Source of the DNA: Candidatus Undinarchaeota archaeon
Lineage (GTDB): Archaea > SpSt-1190 > JASMDC01
Reading direction: 5' to 3'
NCBI GenBank assembly: GCA_964519305.1
Contig: CAZFHY010000011.1
Coordinates: 32,001-96,000 of the forward strand
Length of the DNA stretch: 64,000 nucleotides
Both the position numbers and the translations under genes were made by a program. Numbering within the stretch: position 1 is the first letter of the stretch; each line of letters opens with the position of its first letter. The notes beneath the pieces were generated by a model. That model was not told the DNA's origin. It was given only the letters and a program-made list of their open reading frames with translations, and made no database searches. Shown here in pieces: positions 54,769-64,000 of this stretch.

Positions 54769-55698
54769 TTATCTGCCCATGAGGAGGGCCATGACGGCTT
54801 TCTGGACGTGAAGGCGGTTCTCTGCCTGGTCCACGACCACCGATGCGGGGGAGTCCATCACATCGCTGGTGAGCTCCTCCTCCCGGTGAGCGGGAAGGCA
54901 GTGCATAACGATCGCGCCCTTCTTGGCCTTTGCCACAAGGGCAGCGTTGACCTGATATGGAGCGAAAGCCTTCAGACGCTTAGCACGCTCCTCGTCCTTG
55001 CCCATGCTCACCCACACGTCCGTGTAGATGGCATCAGCACCGGCCACTGCTTCCTCAGGATCATTGGTGATGGTCACGTTCACGACCTCGCTGGCGCGGG
55101 ATACGAACTCCTTGCGCGGTTCGAATCCCTTGGGACATCCCACTGCGATGTCGACGCCCAGTTTCGCGCAGGCATTGAGAAGGGAGTGTGTGACGTTGTT
55201 GTCGCCGTCCCCCACGAATGTCAGCTTCTTCCCATCCAACGGTCCGAGCTTCTCCCACATGGTGAACAGGTCGGTGAGCCCCTGGCAGGGGTGGAGGAGG
55301 TCGGACAATCCGTTGATCACGGGCACGCGGGACGCCTCTGCGAGCTGTGTGATGTGCTCATGGGTGAACACACGGGCCATGATCCCGTCAAGGTAACGGG
55401 ACACGACACGTGCGAAGTCGGGCACGGTCTCCCCGCGGCCCAGCTGGACATCGTTCCACCCCAGATAGATTGCGTGGCCACCGAGCTGGGTCATGCCCAC
55501 CTCGAAGGATACCCTGGTCCTTGTGGAGGGTTTCTGGAAAAGCATGCCCAGTGTCTGGCCCTCCAGGAAATGATGCCGCTTCCCGGCAAAGGTCTCGAGC
55601 TTGATGTTCTCCGCGAGGCGGAAGATCTTCCAGACCTGTTCCGTTGTCAAATCCTCTATGGATGTCAGGTCCTTGATACCGAGCTTGCTGCTCATCAT
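54769..55698 (-). CDS. argF: Ornithine carbamoyltransferase
   Basis: KPSTRTR.SF, HPCQ, GDG.NNV, YTDVWVSMG, HCLPAHR and AENRLH. Confidence 0.96.
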   Translation of the reverse strand: MMSSKLGIKDLTSIEDLTTEQVWKIFRLAENIKLETFAGKRHHFLEGQTLGMLFQKPSTRTRVSFEVGMTQLGGHAIYLGWNDVQLGRGETVPDFARVVSRYLDGIMARVFTHEHITQLAEASRVPVINGLSDLLHPCQGLTDLFTMWEKLGPLDGKKLTFVGDGDNNVTHSLLNACAKLGVDIAVGCPKGFEPRKEFVSRASEVVNVTITNDPEEAVAGADAIYTDVWVSMGKDEERAKRLKAFAPYQVNAALVAKAKKGAIVMHCLPAHREEELTSDVMDSPASVVVDQAENRLHVQKAVMALLMGR

Positions 55699-55712
55699 CG
55701 TTCACCTCCGGT

Positions 55713-56573
55713 TCAGTCGCGCCAGTCGGTAGGCAGGCACATACATCGTGGGCCGCCGCCGCCCTTCACCAGCTCGTTGCCCTCAATCTCAAGCACCTCG
55801 ATGTCGTGGGCGCGCATGCGTGCATTGGTCTCAGGATTTATGTCGTAGGCTACGACCTTGCCCCTATCGAGCCTTAGGACGTTGGTGCCCTTTGTGCGCT
55901 GTTCGCCCAGGGACACAGGGATCCAAGTGTCGATAGTGTCCAGTTCCTCGAGGGTCTCAGTGGAGAACACCGGAGGGAAGAAGAGGGCCATCCCCTTGTC
56001 TAGGATGGTGAGCACCATGTTGAGGTGGAGATAATATTTCTTTGGTACGAGCGGGACCGGTATGAGAGTGATATCACGTTCCCGGCATAGGGTCCGCAGC
56101 TGGCGGTAGCCCTCGATATTCGTTCGAGGCCCTATCCCTAGAAGGGCCGTATCATGGTCAAGGAAAGTGAAGTCGTTCCCCTCGAAGGTGGCGGGGGACG
56201 AGAGCTTGACGGTCCTGAGCCCGAGGTTATTGAAGACGTTCTCAGCGACGATGCTCTCGGGCTGTCGCACCGGGTGCTGGAAGGATGATACAACGAACAC
56301 ATCGCCCAGAGAGGTCCCAAGGTCGTTGGTGAAATACAGATTCGGATCGCGCAGTAGATGGCCGGGTCCACTGTACTTATCCCGTACCTGATGCACGGAA
56401 ACGCCCTCCGATGCAAGGAGCTCGATGAATGCACGATGCTGTTGTCGCAGATTGTCGGGATTAGGCACGTCAGTGAAGTACAGTTCCTTCCGGTTGTCAG
56501 GGGTTACATCCCCCGCTTCCTCACCGGGCGTGTGAACGAGGACATTGGCGATACGTCTAAGCTTGGAAGGCAT
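55713..56573 (-). CDS. Arginine deiminase/amidinotransferase (pentein) family hydrolase
   Basis: VLVHTPG.E, YFTND, R..E, FEGND, G.RTN..G, HLN and ELVKGGGGPRCM. Co-oriented with argF, which has its own GGAGGTGA SD. Confidence 0.88.
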   Translation of the reverse strand: MPSKLRRIANVLVHTPGEEAGDVTPDNRKELYFTDVPNPDNLRQQHRAFIELLASEGVSVHQVRDKYSGPGHLLRDPNLYFTNDLGTSLGDVFVVSSFQHPVRQPESIVAENVFNNLGLRTVKLSSPATFEGNDFTFLDHDTALLGIGPRTNIEGYRQLRTLCRERDITLIPVPLVPKKYYLHLNMVLTILDKGMALFFPPVFSTETLEELDTIDTWIPVSLGEQRTKGTNVLRLDRGKVVAYDINPETNARMRAHDIEVLEIEGNELVKGGGGPRCMCLPTDWRD

Positions 56574-56626
56574 AGCTCGCTCCGAGGACGCCAACACTTA
56601 AAACTGTATTATCCGGATGGAGCACC

Positions 56627-58267
56627 ATGGTGTTCTGGGCTGACCAGGTCGCCGACGAGATAATCTCGCGTGACGCCTTCAAATACATCGAGCGCCCCTT
56701 CTCCACACAACGACATGAAGTGGAGACTGGGACGTCAATATCCGGGGTGCCCCACATCGGGAACGCCTCAGATATTATCCGTGGTGAGGCTATCCGACGG
56801 GCATTGGCCGAGAAAGGAGTGGATGTCACCCTTTCATGGGTGGCTGACGATATGGACCCCTTTCGCAAGGTGCCATCCAACCTGCCGCCATCGTATAAAG
56901 AGTTCATCGGCATGCCCGTCTGCTCTTTACCCGATCCCTTCGGTTGCTGCGATGGTTACGTTGACCATTACGTAAACCTCTTCATTACCAGCCTCGAGCG
57001 GTTCGGTGTACGGCCTGTCGTCCGATCCGGACGGTCGTTGTACACGACAGGTCAGCTGGCGCCCTTCGTGCGAAAGGCTCTGGAGAAACGGGACCTTGTT
57101 CGTGAGATCCTTGATAATTACCGTAAGGAGCCCCTCTCCGAGGACTGGATCCCCTACTCGCCGATATGTTCCAGTTGTGGAAAGATAGCCACGACCCGGG
57201 CGGTGTCCGTTGAGGGCGACAAGGTCGCCTATGTTTGTGAGGACACCGATGTGGCCGAGGGCACTACTGAAGTGGAGGGATGCGGCCATGAGGGGACGGC
57301 CGACATCACGAAGGGGGATGGAAAGCTCCCCTGGAAGCCTGAATGGGCCGCCCGCTGGGCGCTCTTCGGAGTAACCTGCGAGCCTTTTGGAAAGGAGCAT
57401 GCCACCATTCCGGGAGGATCATTCTGGGTGAACGGCGAGCTCTGCGAACGCGTGTTCGACTGGCCTGAACCGTATCCCGTGATATACGAGTTCGTGCTCG
57501 CTGCGGGGGGTCAGAAGATGTCCTCGTCCAAGGGGAACACGGTATCAACATGGGAGTGGCCGGAGATCGCCCCGCCAGAGGTCCTCAAGCTGTTCTTCTA
57601 CAAGAAACTCCAGAAACAACGGGAGTTCGACATAACCGAGATCCCCCGTCAGGTGGACGACCTCGACCAGCTTGAACGAGTGTTCTTTGGGCTGGAGGAA
57701 GAGGAGAACGAGAAGAAGCTCGAACACCTTCGCCGTCTATACACGATGTGCCAGGTCGATAGCGTCACTGATGCTTACACCGACCCCATCCCCTTCAGGT
57801 TCGCAGCCATAATTGCTCAGATAGTCCCGGATGACGAGAAGGAACAGCGGGCAATCGACCTACTACGCAGGACCGGCCACCTGTCCAAGGAGCTCACCGA
57901 TGATGGCCGTGCACGTGTGCGCGAGCGACTGGAGCAGGCCGGTAACTGGGTTGAGCGACACGCTCCCCCGGGATTGCGCATACTCATCACCGAGTCTGTG
58001 AGCGACGAGATAAAATCGATGCTCACACCTGAACAGCGGGCCGCTCTTCAGGACATCGCCGCCGCATTGGGCGATGAGGGGATATCGGAGGAGGATCTGA
58101 ACAAGGCGATCTTCGATGCAGCGCGAGCTCATGGCCTCTCCAACAAGCAGTTGTTCGCTGCTAGTTATCGCGTTCTCCTTGGGAAGAAGTTCGGCCCCCG
58201 TCTCGCCCCCTTCCTCCTCACACTTGATCGTGACTTCGCTCGCCAGCGCCTGGGCGAGCTGGCCTAG
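56627..58267 (+). CDS. lysS: Lysine--tRNA ligase, class I
   Basis: SG.PHIGN, DD.D..RKVP, C..CG, GKLPWK.EW.ARW, EPFGKEH, KMSSSKG and GPRLA.F. Confidence 0.97.
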   Translation: MVFWADQVADEIISRDAFKYIERPFSTQRHEVETGTSISGVPHIGNASDIIRGEAIRRALAEKGVDVTLSWVADDMDPFRKVPSNLPPSYKEFIGMPVCSLPDPFGCCDGYVDHYVNLFITSLERFGVRPVVRSGRSLYTTGQLAPFVRKALEKRDLVREILDNYRKEPLSEDWIPYSPICSSCGKIATTRAVSVEGDKVAYVCEDTDVAEGTTEVEGCGHEGTADITKGDGKLPWKPEWAARWALFGVTCEPFGKEHATIPGGSFWVNGELCERVFDWPEPYPVIYEFVLAAGGQKMSSSKGNTVSTWEWPEIAPPEVLKLFFYKKLQKQREFDITEIPRQVDDLDQLERVFFGLEEEENEKKLEHLRRLYTMCQVDSVTDAYTDPIPFRFAAIIAQIVPDDEKEQRAIDLLRRTGHLSKELTDDGRARVRERLEQAGNWVERHAPPGLRILITESVSDEIKSMLTPEQRAALQDIAAALGDEGISEEDLNKAIFDAARAHGLSNKQLFAASYRVLLGKKFGPRLAPFLLTLDRDFARQRLGELA

Positions 58268-59194
58268 GTGACATGGATGTACTATCGCCCTGCTCTTGCG
58301 CTCATCGTCCTCGTGCTCGTGCTCATGGCGCCGGCCGTAGCTCGAGAGTGCGACTACCTCGGCACGGTGGTGGCGGTCAACGACGATGGCATGATCGTAG
58401 AGGTGTCTACCTTCCGCGATCCCCCCACGGGCAGAGTATCGAACGAGCTGCGGAACATAACGTGGACGAGCCTCCCCGGTAGCATGGGCGGGGCCGCAGT
58501 AGTTGGGCTCCATGCGGAGTTCGCGGCGAACTGTGACGCTTGGGATGAACGCGCGGTACGGGAAGATGCAGCGATAGTGCTCTACCCGGACAACTTCACC
58601 CGAGAGCCTATCTATGCATACAACCGCCTCCCCAACGTGAAGGGGGTCACCATCACGCTCGGAGAGGGCGAGCCGTTGGCCAAATGCCCTGGCTGCTGCT
58701 GTTCAGGAGAATACCCCGTCAGTCTCACACGGAACGGGACAGCTGTCACAGAAAAGCTCATGCGTACAGGACAGTCGTTGTGCGTCCAAGGATTCAAGGT
58801 CCGTATGCTCGAAGCGACAGTGTACGGCGAGGATGCCGCGTCACGCTGCTTATGCCGGGCACGGACAGAACTGCTCACTGGCGAGGTGTCCCCGGACACG
58901 TGTGCCATCGAGGACATGCTCGTGGAGGTGGATACCATCACCGCCCGTCTCGGCGATCCCATGGTGGAGAACGCTATGGCTCGGCGGCGTCAGATCGTCC
59001 ATGAACAGATCGCGCAAGGTGACCTGGCGGCGGCTCGGGGAACTGCCGAGCACGCTCTCGCCCAGGCACGACGACTTGATACCAAGACCCGGACCATAAA
59101 CGTCACCGCGACCATCCTCGGGACCGTGGGGATGGTGGCCATCGCGTACTTCTGGATGAACCGGGAGCGAAAGGATAAGGTCGACATCTTCTGA
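58268..59194 (+). CDS. Hypothetical secreted, C-terminally anchored protein
   Basis: Signal peptide, Cys cluster KCPGCCC, C-terminal TM and basic tail. Confidence 0.7.
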   Translation: MTWMYYRPALALIVLVLVLMAPAVARECDYLGTVVAVNDDGMIVEVSTFRDPPTGRVSNELRNITWTSLPGSMGGAAVVGLHAEFAANCDAWDERAVREDAAIVLYPDNFTREPIYAYNRLPNVKGVTITLGEGEPLAKCPGCCCSGEYPVSLTRNGTAVTEKLMRTGQSLCVQGFKVRMLEATVYGEDAASRCLCRARTELLTGEVSPDTCAIEDMLVEVDTITARLGDPMVENAMARRRQIVHEQIAQGDLAAARGTAEHALAQARRLDTKTRTINVTATILGTVGMVAIAYFWMNRERKDKVDIF

Positions 59195-59273
59195 AGCTCG
59201 GCCTGGCCGGGGAAGGACATTTAAGTTTTGTTCCTGCCGCTGACGATAGGAACGCAACAGTGAGGTTGATATA

Positions 59274-60440
59274 ATGAAGAAGAACGGTACTTTCTTGTTC
59301 ACCTCCGAGGCCATGACAGAAGGCCATCCGGACAAGGTGTGCGACCAGATCTCTGACGAGATGCTCGATTCGATTCTGCGCCAGGATCCCTTGGCGCGTG
59401 TGGCCTGTGAAACCATGGCCGGGATGGGTTTCATCATCGTCACAGGCGAGATCACCACGACCGCCTACGTTGACGTCCAGTCCCTTGTGCGCAAGGTGCT
59501 AAAAGAGATCGGTTACAGTAAGCCCGAGTACGGCTTCGACTACGGCTCAGTTGGTGTCCTCACATCCATCCATGAGCAGAGCGGCGATATCGCGATGGGC
59601 GTGAACGAGGGCGCGAAGAAGGCGGTCGGCGCCGGTGACCAAGGGATGATGTGCGGATTCGCCTCCAACGACACTCCGAGCCTCATGCCTATGCCCATAG
59701 ACATGGCCCACCAGCTCGCACTCAAGCTCGCCGCCGTTCGCAAGGATGGCAGCCTCTACTATCTCCGACCTGACGGCAAGACGCAGGTCACGATCGAGTA
59801 CAAGGACGGCAAGCCTGTTCGAGTACACACGGTGGTCATCGCGGCCCAACATGATCCTGACGTCACACTTGAGAAGCTGCGAAAGGACATCGCAGAGAAG
59901 GTCGTCAAACCTATCTGCGGGAAGCTGATGGACAAGAACACCAAGGTCTTCATCAACAACACTGGCCGCTTCGTTCTCGGTGGGCCCGTGGCGGACTCGG
60001 GATGTACCGGGCGTAAAATCATCGTGGACACCTACGGCGGTATGGGCTCTCACGGGGGCGGCGCCTTCTCAGGAAAGGACCCTACCAAGGTCGACCGGAC
60101 AGCTGCTTACATGGCCCGCTACATCGCCAAGAACATCGTGGCCGCTGAACTCGCCGAGGAGTGCGAGGTACAGCTTGCGTACGTCATTGGTGGCGTGGGG
60201 CCTCTGTCCGTGTACGTGGACACTCGCGGTACCGGAAAGATACCCGACGACGAGCTTGTGAAGCTCGTGGAGAAACACTTCCCCATGGAACCAGGTGCAA
60301 TGATCAAACACTTGGACCTTCGCCGGCCTATCTTCCGCAAGACCGCATGTTATGGCCACTTCGGTCGCGACGACCCGGACTTCACCTGGGAGCGCACCGA
60401 TAAAGTGGCAGGGCTCAAGAAGGACGCCGGCCTCAAGTAA
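59274..60440 (+). CDS. metK: S-adenosylmethionine synthetase, bacterial/eukaryotic type
   Basis: FTSE...[50 protein letters not shown] and YGHFGR. Confidence 0.97.
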   Translation: MKKNGTFLFTSEAMTEGHPDKVCDQISDEMLDSILRQDPLARVACETMAGMGFIIVTGEITTTAYVDVQSLVRKVLKEIGYSKPEYGFDYGSVGVLTSIHEQSGDIAMGVNEGAKKAVGAGDQGMMCGFASNDTPSLMPMPIDMAHQLALKLAAVRKDGSLYYLRPDGKTQVTIEYKDGKPVRVHTVVIAAQHDPDVTLEKLRKDIAEKVVKPICGKLMDKNTKVFINNTGRFVLGGPVADSGCTGRKIIVDTYGGMGSHGGGAFSGKDPTKVDRTAAYMARYIAKNIVAAELAEECEVQLAYVIGGVGPLSVYVDTRGTGKIPDDELVKLVEKHFPMEPGAMIKHLDLRRPIFRKTACYGHFGRDDPDFTWERTDKVAGLKKDAGLK

Positions 60441-60468
60441 GGGAGGCCTCGACCGCGTGACCGGGGCC

Positions 60469-61773
60469 ATGGTGAACGACCTGGCCCCGGCACGTAATCT
60501 TATTCTGGAAATACTTGGACGTGCCCTTAAAGAAGCGGACCCGGCAGCTGCTGTACGTGCGTCCCTCAAGCTCGATGGCGATATTCTTGAGGCTGCAGGG
60601 GAGCGCATCCCACTCGGAATAGATAGCAACGTGTTCGTTATCGCTTTCGGAAAAGCGGCGCCCGCGATGGCGGAAGCGGCCGAGGAAATATTGGATGATA
60701 AGCTCGCTGGGGGCGTGGTAATAGCGCCGCCAGGTCTTTCTCTAACATCCGATCGACTTGATTTCATTATAGGTGGGCATCCTGTGCCTGACCAAGGTAG
60801 CGTCCAGGGGGCCAAGGCCGCAATTGCTGTTGCAGAAGCGGCCGGCGAAGGGGATATTGTCCTCGTCCTCGTCTCGGGGGGTGGCTCCGCGCTACTCACC
60901 GCTCCGGCCGGCATTTCACTGGCGGAGATGCGAACGCTCACACAAGCGCTCTTGGCGAGCGGCGCTCCCATATATGACCTGAACGCGGTACGAAAGCACA
61001 TATCACTAGTGAAAGGAGGACGTCTAGCGGCCGCATGTCATCCTGCCCGGACCATAGCCCTCCTGATTTCCGACGTGGTGGGGGACGATATGTCGGTCAT
61101 AGCGTCCGGTCCCACGGTACCTGATCCGACAACCTGCGCGGACGCCAAAGCGGCACTAGTGCGCGCCGACATCGATGCGTCATCAACGGTAAAGGATATA
61201 TTGGAGGTCAACGAATCACCCAAATCCGGGGACCCGCGTCTTGTGCACGTCACCACCAGGCTAATTCTAGGCAATGAGGGTGTTCTGAAAGCGTGCTGTC
61301 GACTCGCGCGAGAAATGGGGGTGAATCCCATCCTACTCTCGGGCGAGCTCGAAGGAGAGAGCAGGGACGTGGGTCGTGCACATGCGGCCCTCGCCCGTTC
61401 GGTGCTCGATGCGGGTGTACCCGTGGAACGACCCGCCCTTCTTGTATCTGGTGGTGAGACCACGGTCACAGTACGCGGTACGGGGACCGGCGGTCCTAAC
61501 CAGGAGTTCGCACTTGCCTGTGTGCGATTCTTGGATGGTCTTCCAGTTGTCGCGCTGGCAGTGGATTCCGATGGTCATGACGGCCCCACCGACGCAGCGG
61601 GTGCGGTCGTGGACGGGACCTCGCTCCGTCGGGCTCGTACAGCTGGGCTCGATCCCGATTCCTTTCTTGAACAGAACGATGCCTATGCTTTCTTCGAGGA
61701 AATCGATGACCTTCTACGCATGGGGCGAACGGGAACGAACGTGAACGATGTACGAATCATCTACATCTCTTGA
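60469..61773 (+). CDS. Glycerate 2-kinase (MOFRL family)
   Basis: FGKAA..MA, GHPVPD, SGGGSAL, N.VRKH.S.VKGG, SDVVGD, IASGPT, GGETTV, DG.DG and TGTNVND. The start is ATG 60469 or GTG 60457. Confidence 0.93.
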   Translation: MVNDLAPARNLILEILGRALKEADPAAAVRASLKLDGDILEAAGERIPLGIDSNVFVIAFGKAAPAMAEAAEEILDDKLAGGVVIAPPGLSLTSDRLDFIIGGHPVPDQGSVQGAKAAIAVAEAAGEGDIVLVLVSGGGSALLTAPAGISLAEMRTLTQALLASGAPIYDLNAVRKHISLVKGGRLAAACHPARTIALLISDVVGDDMSVIASGPTVPDPTTCADAKAALVRADIDASSTVKDILEVNESPKSGDPRLVHVTTRLILGNEGVLKACCRLAREMGVNPILLSGELEGESRDVGRAHAALARSVLDAGVPVERPALLVSGGETTVTVRGTGTGGPNQEFALACVRFLDGLPVVALAVDSDGHDGPTDAAGAVVDGTSLRRARTAGLDPDSFLEQNDAYAFFEEIDDLLRMGRTGTNVNDVRIIYIS

Positions 61774-61839
61774 CCATACTCTTCAATCTAGTCCGGGTTA
61801 CGGTTGTCATAACACGTAAAGTGGGGCCTGAATGTATCC

Positions 61840-63237
61840 CTAGAACGCCTCAAGGAATGCGGTGTACTCTCGCACCGTGGCGTAGAGATCGTCCGCGTGG
61901 ACAACCTCGGCCTCGGCAGAGTGCATGGACCAGATGGCGGGTCCCGAGTCGACCACGGAAGCACCCTTCTGAGCGATGAACTTGGCGATCGTACCGCCGC
62001 CACCGCCGTCGACCTGAGCGTAGAGCGTTGGTTGGTAGGCGATACCCTCACGTTCGTTCATGTCCTGAAGGCGCTCTGAGAGTCCGATGGGTGATTCTGA
62101 GGCGCCGTACTTACCGCCCCGCCCTGTGTAGGGGGCGATAGTGACGCCCTTGCCCGCATGTGCCCCGTTGGCCACGTCGTAGTTCTCGGGGAAGATCGGA
62201 TTGTAAGCGGCCTTCACGTCGGCGGAGATACCGTCCGACGCCATGACGACCTCTCGCTTGAACGCGTCGGGATCACTGATGTAGGGGACCTCCTGTCGCG
62301 CAGCAGTGTAACCCTTCTCATCGATGGACTCCCTTGCCTTTACCCCTCCGACCACGCCTGCGACCTTGTCGATCACATAGTCGAAGAACGCGCCTTGGGC
62401 GCCGGTCTTGCCGTTGGAGCCGATCTCCTCCTTATCGAAGGCGAACGCGATGGCTGTACGGGCGGGTGTGTCGATACCTGTGATGGCCTTGGTGGCCGCA
62501 TACGAGCAGATTGTGTCATCGTGCTGGCCCACGAGTGTCTCCCCGACACGGTAGGGCTCGGCGCGAGGGACAATGGTGAGGGATGCGTTGAGAAGGTCCT
62601 TCTCGGTGATATCTGTCCCGGCGCTCTCTGAGAGCGCAGCATAGAAGTCATCCTTGGTGAAGTATCCGGTGAACACATCGAGCTTCTCGCCGGGGAAAGC
62701 GTCACCCACCTTCTGGTTGGCCTGTTTATCGAGGTGGGGGAGCTTCTCGGGTACAGTGGCCAGGTCGAGCTGGACCTGGTATGTCTTCCCGTCCTTGGCG
62801 ATCTCTCCTCGGAGCTCAAGGGGACGTGCGAACCACTGGTGCTTCTTGATCCCTCCGTAGTACTGGGCGTCGACGAAGACACCATCACCCGAGTCGAACA
62901 CACCCTCCGCTGCCCGCTTGACATGGAGTTCTGGAGTGTCGAGGTGGGCGAACAGCATATTGACGCCCTCGGAAAGTTCTTTCGAACCGATGACTATACC
63001 GGCCACATCACGGTAGTCCTCCGAAGCCACGTAGACCTTCCGGCCAGCGAGCTCCTCACTGGACACTCCCGCGGAGATATCCTTTTCAAGCTCTTCTACA
63101 GGAACAAATCCTGCGGCCTCCAGTCGTCGGACCATCTCACGGCCGGTATCGGGGGCGGTGCGTGACGCTTTCTGGAACTCCAGGTAGTCCTGGGCGATGG
63201 CGTCCCGTTCCGTGTTCCCGTTACTGGTCGCGTTCAG
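61840..63237 (-). CDS. M18-family aminopeptidase, paralog 2
   Basis: AHLDTP, YGGIKKHQW, HDD, DKEEIGS, SADV, GGGTI and SMHS. The conserved N-terminal helix extends upstream of ATG 63135 to a probable CTG start at 63237. Confidence 0.9.
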   Translation of the reverse strand: MNATSNGNTERDAIAQDYLEFQKASRTAPDTGREMVRRLEAAGFVPVEELEKDISAGVSSEELAGRKVYVASEDYRDVAGIVIGSKELSEGVNMLFAHLDTPELHVKRAAEGVFDSGDGVFVDAQYYGGIKKHQWFARPLELRGEIAKDGKTYQVQLDLATVPEKLPHLDKQANQKVGDAFPGEKLDVFTGYFTKDDFYAALSESAGTDITEKDLLNASLTIVPRAEPYRVGETLVGQHDDTICSYAATKAITGIDTPARTAIAFAFDKEEIGSNGKTGAQGAFFDYVIDKVAGVVGGVKARESIDEKGYTAARQEVPYISDPDAFKREVVMASDGISADVKAAYNPIFPENYDVANGAHAGKGVTIAPYTGRGGKYGASESPIGLSERLQDMNEREGIAYQPTLYAQVDGGGGGTIAKFIAQKGASVVDSGPAIWSMHSAEAEVVHADDLYATVREYTAFLEAF

Positions 63238-63252
63238 ATGTAACCCTCCTGT

Positions 63253-64000
63253 TCAGCTCTCGAGGTAGGCTTCGATCTCCTGCTCGCAGGAGTAAAGGTC
63301 GACCACGTGGGCGATCTCAGATGCGGGGGAGTGCATGCTCCAGAGAGCGGGGCCTGTGTCGATAGTGTCGACCCCCTTCTGGGCGATGAACTTGGCGATC
63401 GTACCGCCGCCTCCGCCATCCACCTTGCCGAGGAGACCCGGTTGGTAGGGGATGGAGTTGCGAGCGTTGATTGTACCGAGCTCCTCCGTAGCGCCGATCG
63501 GCGCCTCGGATGTGGAGTACTTGCCTCCCGAACCCGTGTACGGGGTGACCGTAACGCCCTCGCCGAGGTGGGCCGAGTTGCGTGGATCGAAGTTCTCGGG
63601 GAAGATCGGATTGTATGCGGCGTTGACGTCCGCCGAGAGCGCCTTGGAGGCGTAGAGCACTTCGCGCTTGAACGCGCCGGCGTCCCTGAGGAACTGCTCC
63701 TCTTTGTACACATCGCCGAACTCCTTGTCCTTGAGCTTCTCGGCGACCTCTGCGCCCTTGATCATTCCAGTGACCTTGTCGACCACATAATCGAAGAAGG
63801 CTCCTTGGCCCCCGGTCTTACCGTTGGAGCCGATCTCCTCCTTGTCAAATCCGATGACGACTGCTGTGTGTTTTGGAGTTCCGATGCGGGTTATGGCCTC
63901 GGTCTGGGTGTAAGTGCATATAGTGTCATCGTGCTGGCCGACGAGAGCCTCGCCCACACGGTAGGGGTCGCCCCGGGGGACGACAGTGAGGTACGAGTTG
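63253..64000 (-). CDS. M18-family aminopeptidase, paralog 1 (5' end outside window)
   Basis: The frame is open to the window edge (NSYLTVVPRGDPYRVGEALVGQHDD). DKEEIGS, SADV, GGGTI and SMHS are present. Confidence 0.92.
   Translation of the reverse strand, partial: NSYLTVVPRGDPYRVGEALVGQHDDTICTYTQTEAITRIGTPKHTAVVIGFDKEEIGSNGKTGGQGAFFDYVVDKVTGMIKGAEVAEKLKDKEFGDVYKEEQFLRDAGAFKREVLYASKALSADVNAAYNPIFPENFDPRNSAHLGEGVTVTPYTGSGGKYSTSEAPIGATEELGTINARNSIPYQPGLLGKVDGGGGGTIAKFIAQKGVDTIDTGPALWSMHSPASEIAHVVDLYSCEQEIEAYLES

Noticed and set aside
54808-55848. 346-aa plus-strand ORF, and similar antisense ORFs over metK, lysS and cofGH
   Set aside because: They lie opposite unambiguous conserved genes and have no recognisable motifs.

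Overview
This is GC-rich archaeal chromosomal DNA. The evidence is a class I LysRS, a PAC2 proteasome chaperone, a UPF0148 Zn-finger, cofG/cofH, tRNAs without encoded CCA and TATA-like promoters. The orphan surface proteins, degenerate PEP synthase and bacterial-type MetK hint at a DPANN-like lineage, which is inference only. Housekeeping content: F420 genes (partial cofC, cofH, cofG), moaA/moaC/moaB, xseAB, pabB/pabA, chorismate mutase, argF, lysS, metK, glycerate kinase, two tandem M18 aminopeptidases, tRNA-Ala(CGC) and tRNA-Val(GAC). The main unusual observations are: (1) a paralogous family of disulfide-rich surface proteins, including a 4130-aa giant, that share one Cys module; two have Q/G/Y/W low-complexity tails, one has a Zn-ribbon/GATase-like cytoplasmic part, and both loci sit beside a membrane-anchored winged-helix protein; (2) a circularly permuted cofactor-independent phosphoglycerate mutase translationally coupled to a split COG2187/COG0645 kinase pair; (3) two genes whose conserved N-termini seem to need non-canonical start codons (ATC, CTG) just after strong Shine-Dalgarno sites; (4) divergent enzymes: a PEP-synthase pseudoenzyme, a second non-canonical transcarbamylase and a pentein with HLD changed to HLN; (5) an orphan cluster with a 48-aa Gly/Tyr peptide and an HEXXH protein. 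I saw no CRISPR array, integrase or transposase. All calls come from reading motifs by eye; no database searches were run.
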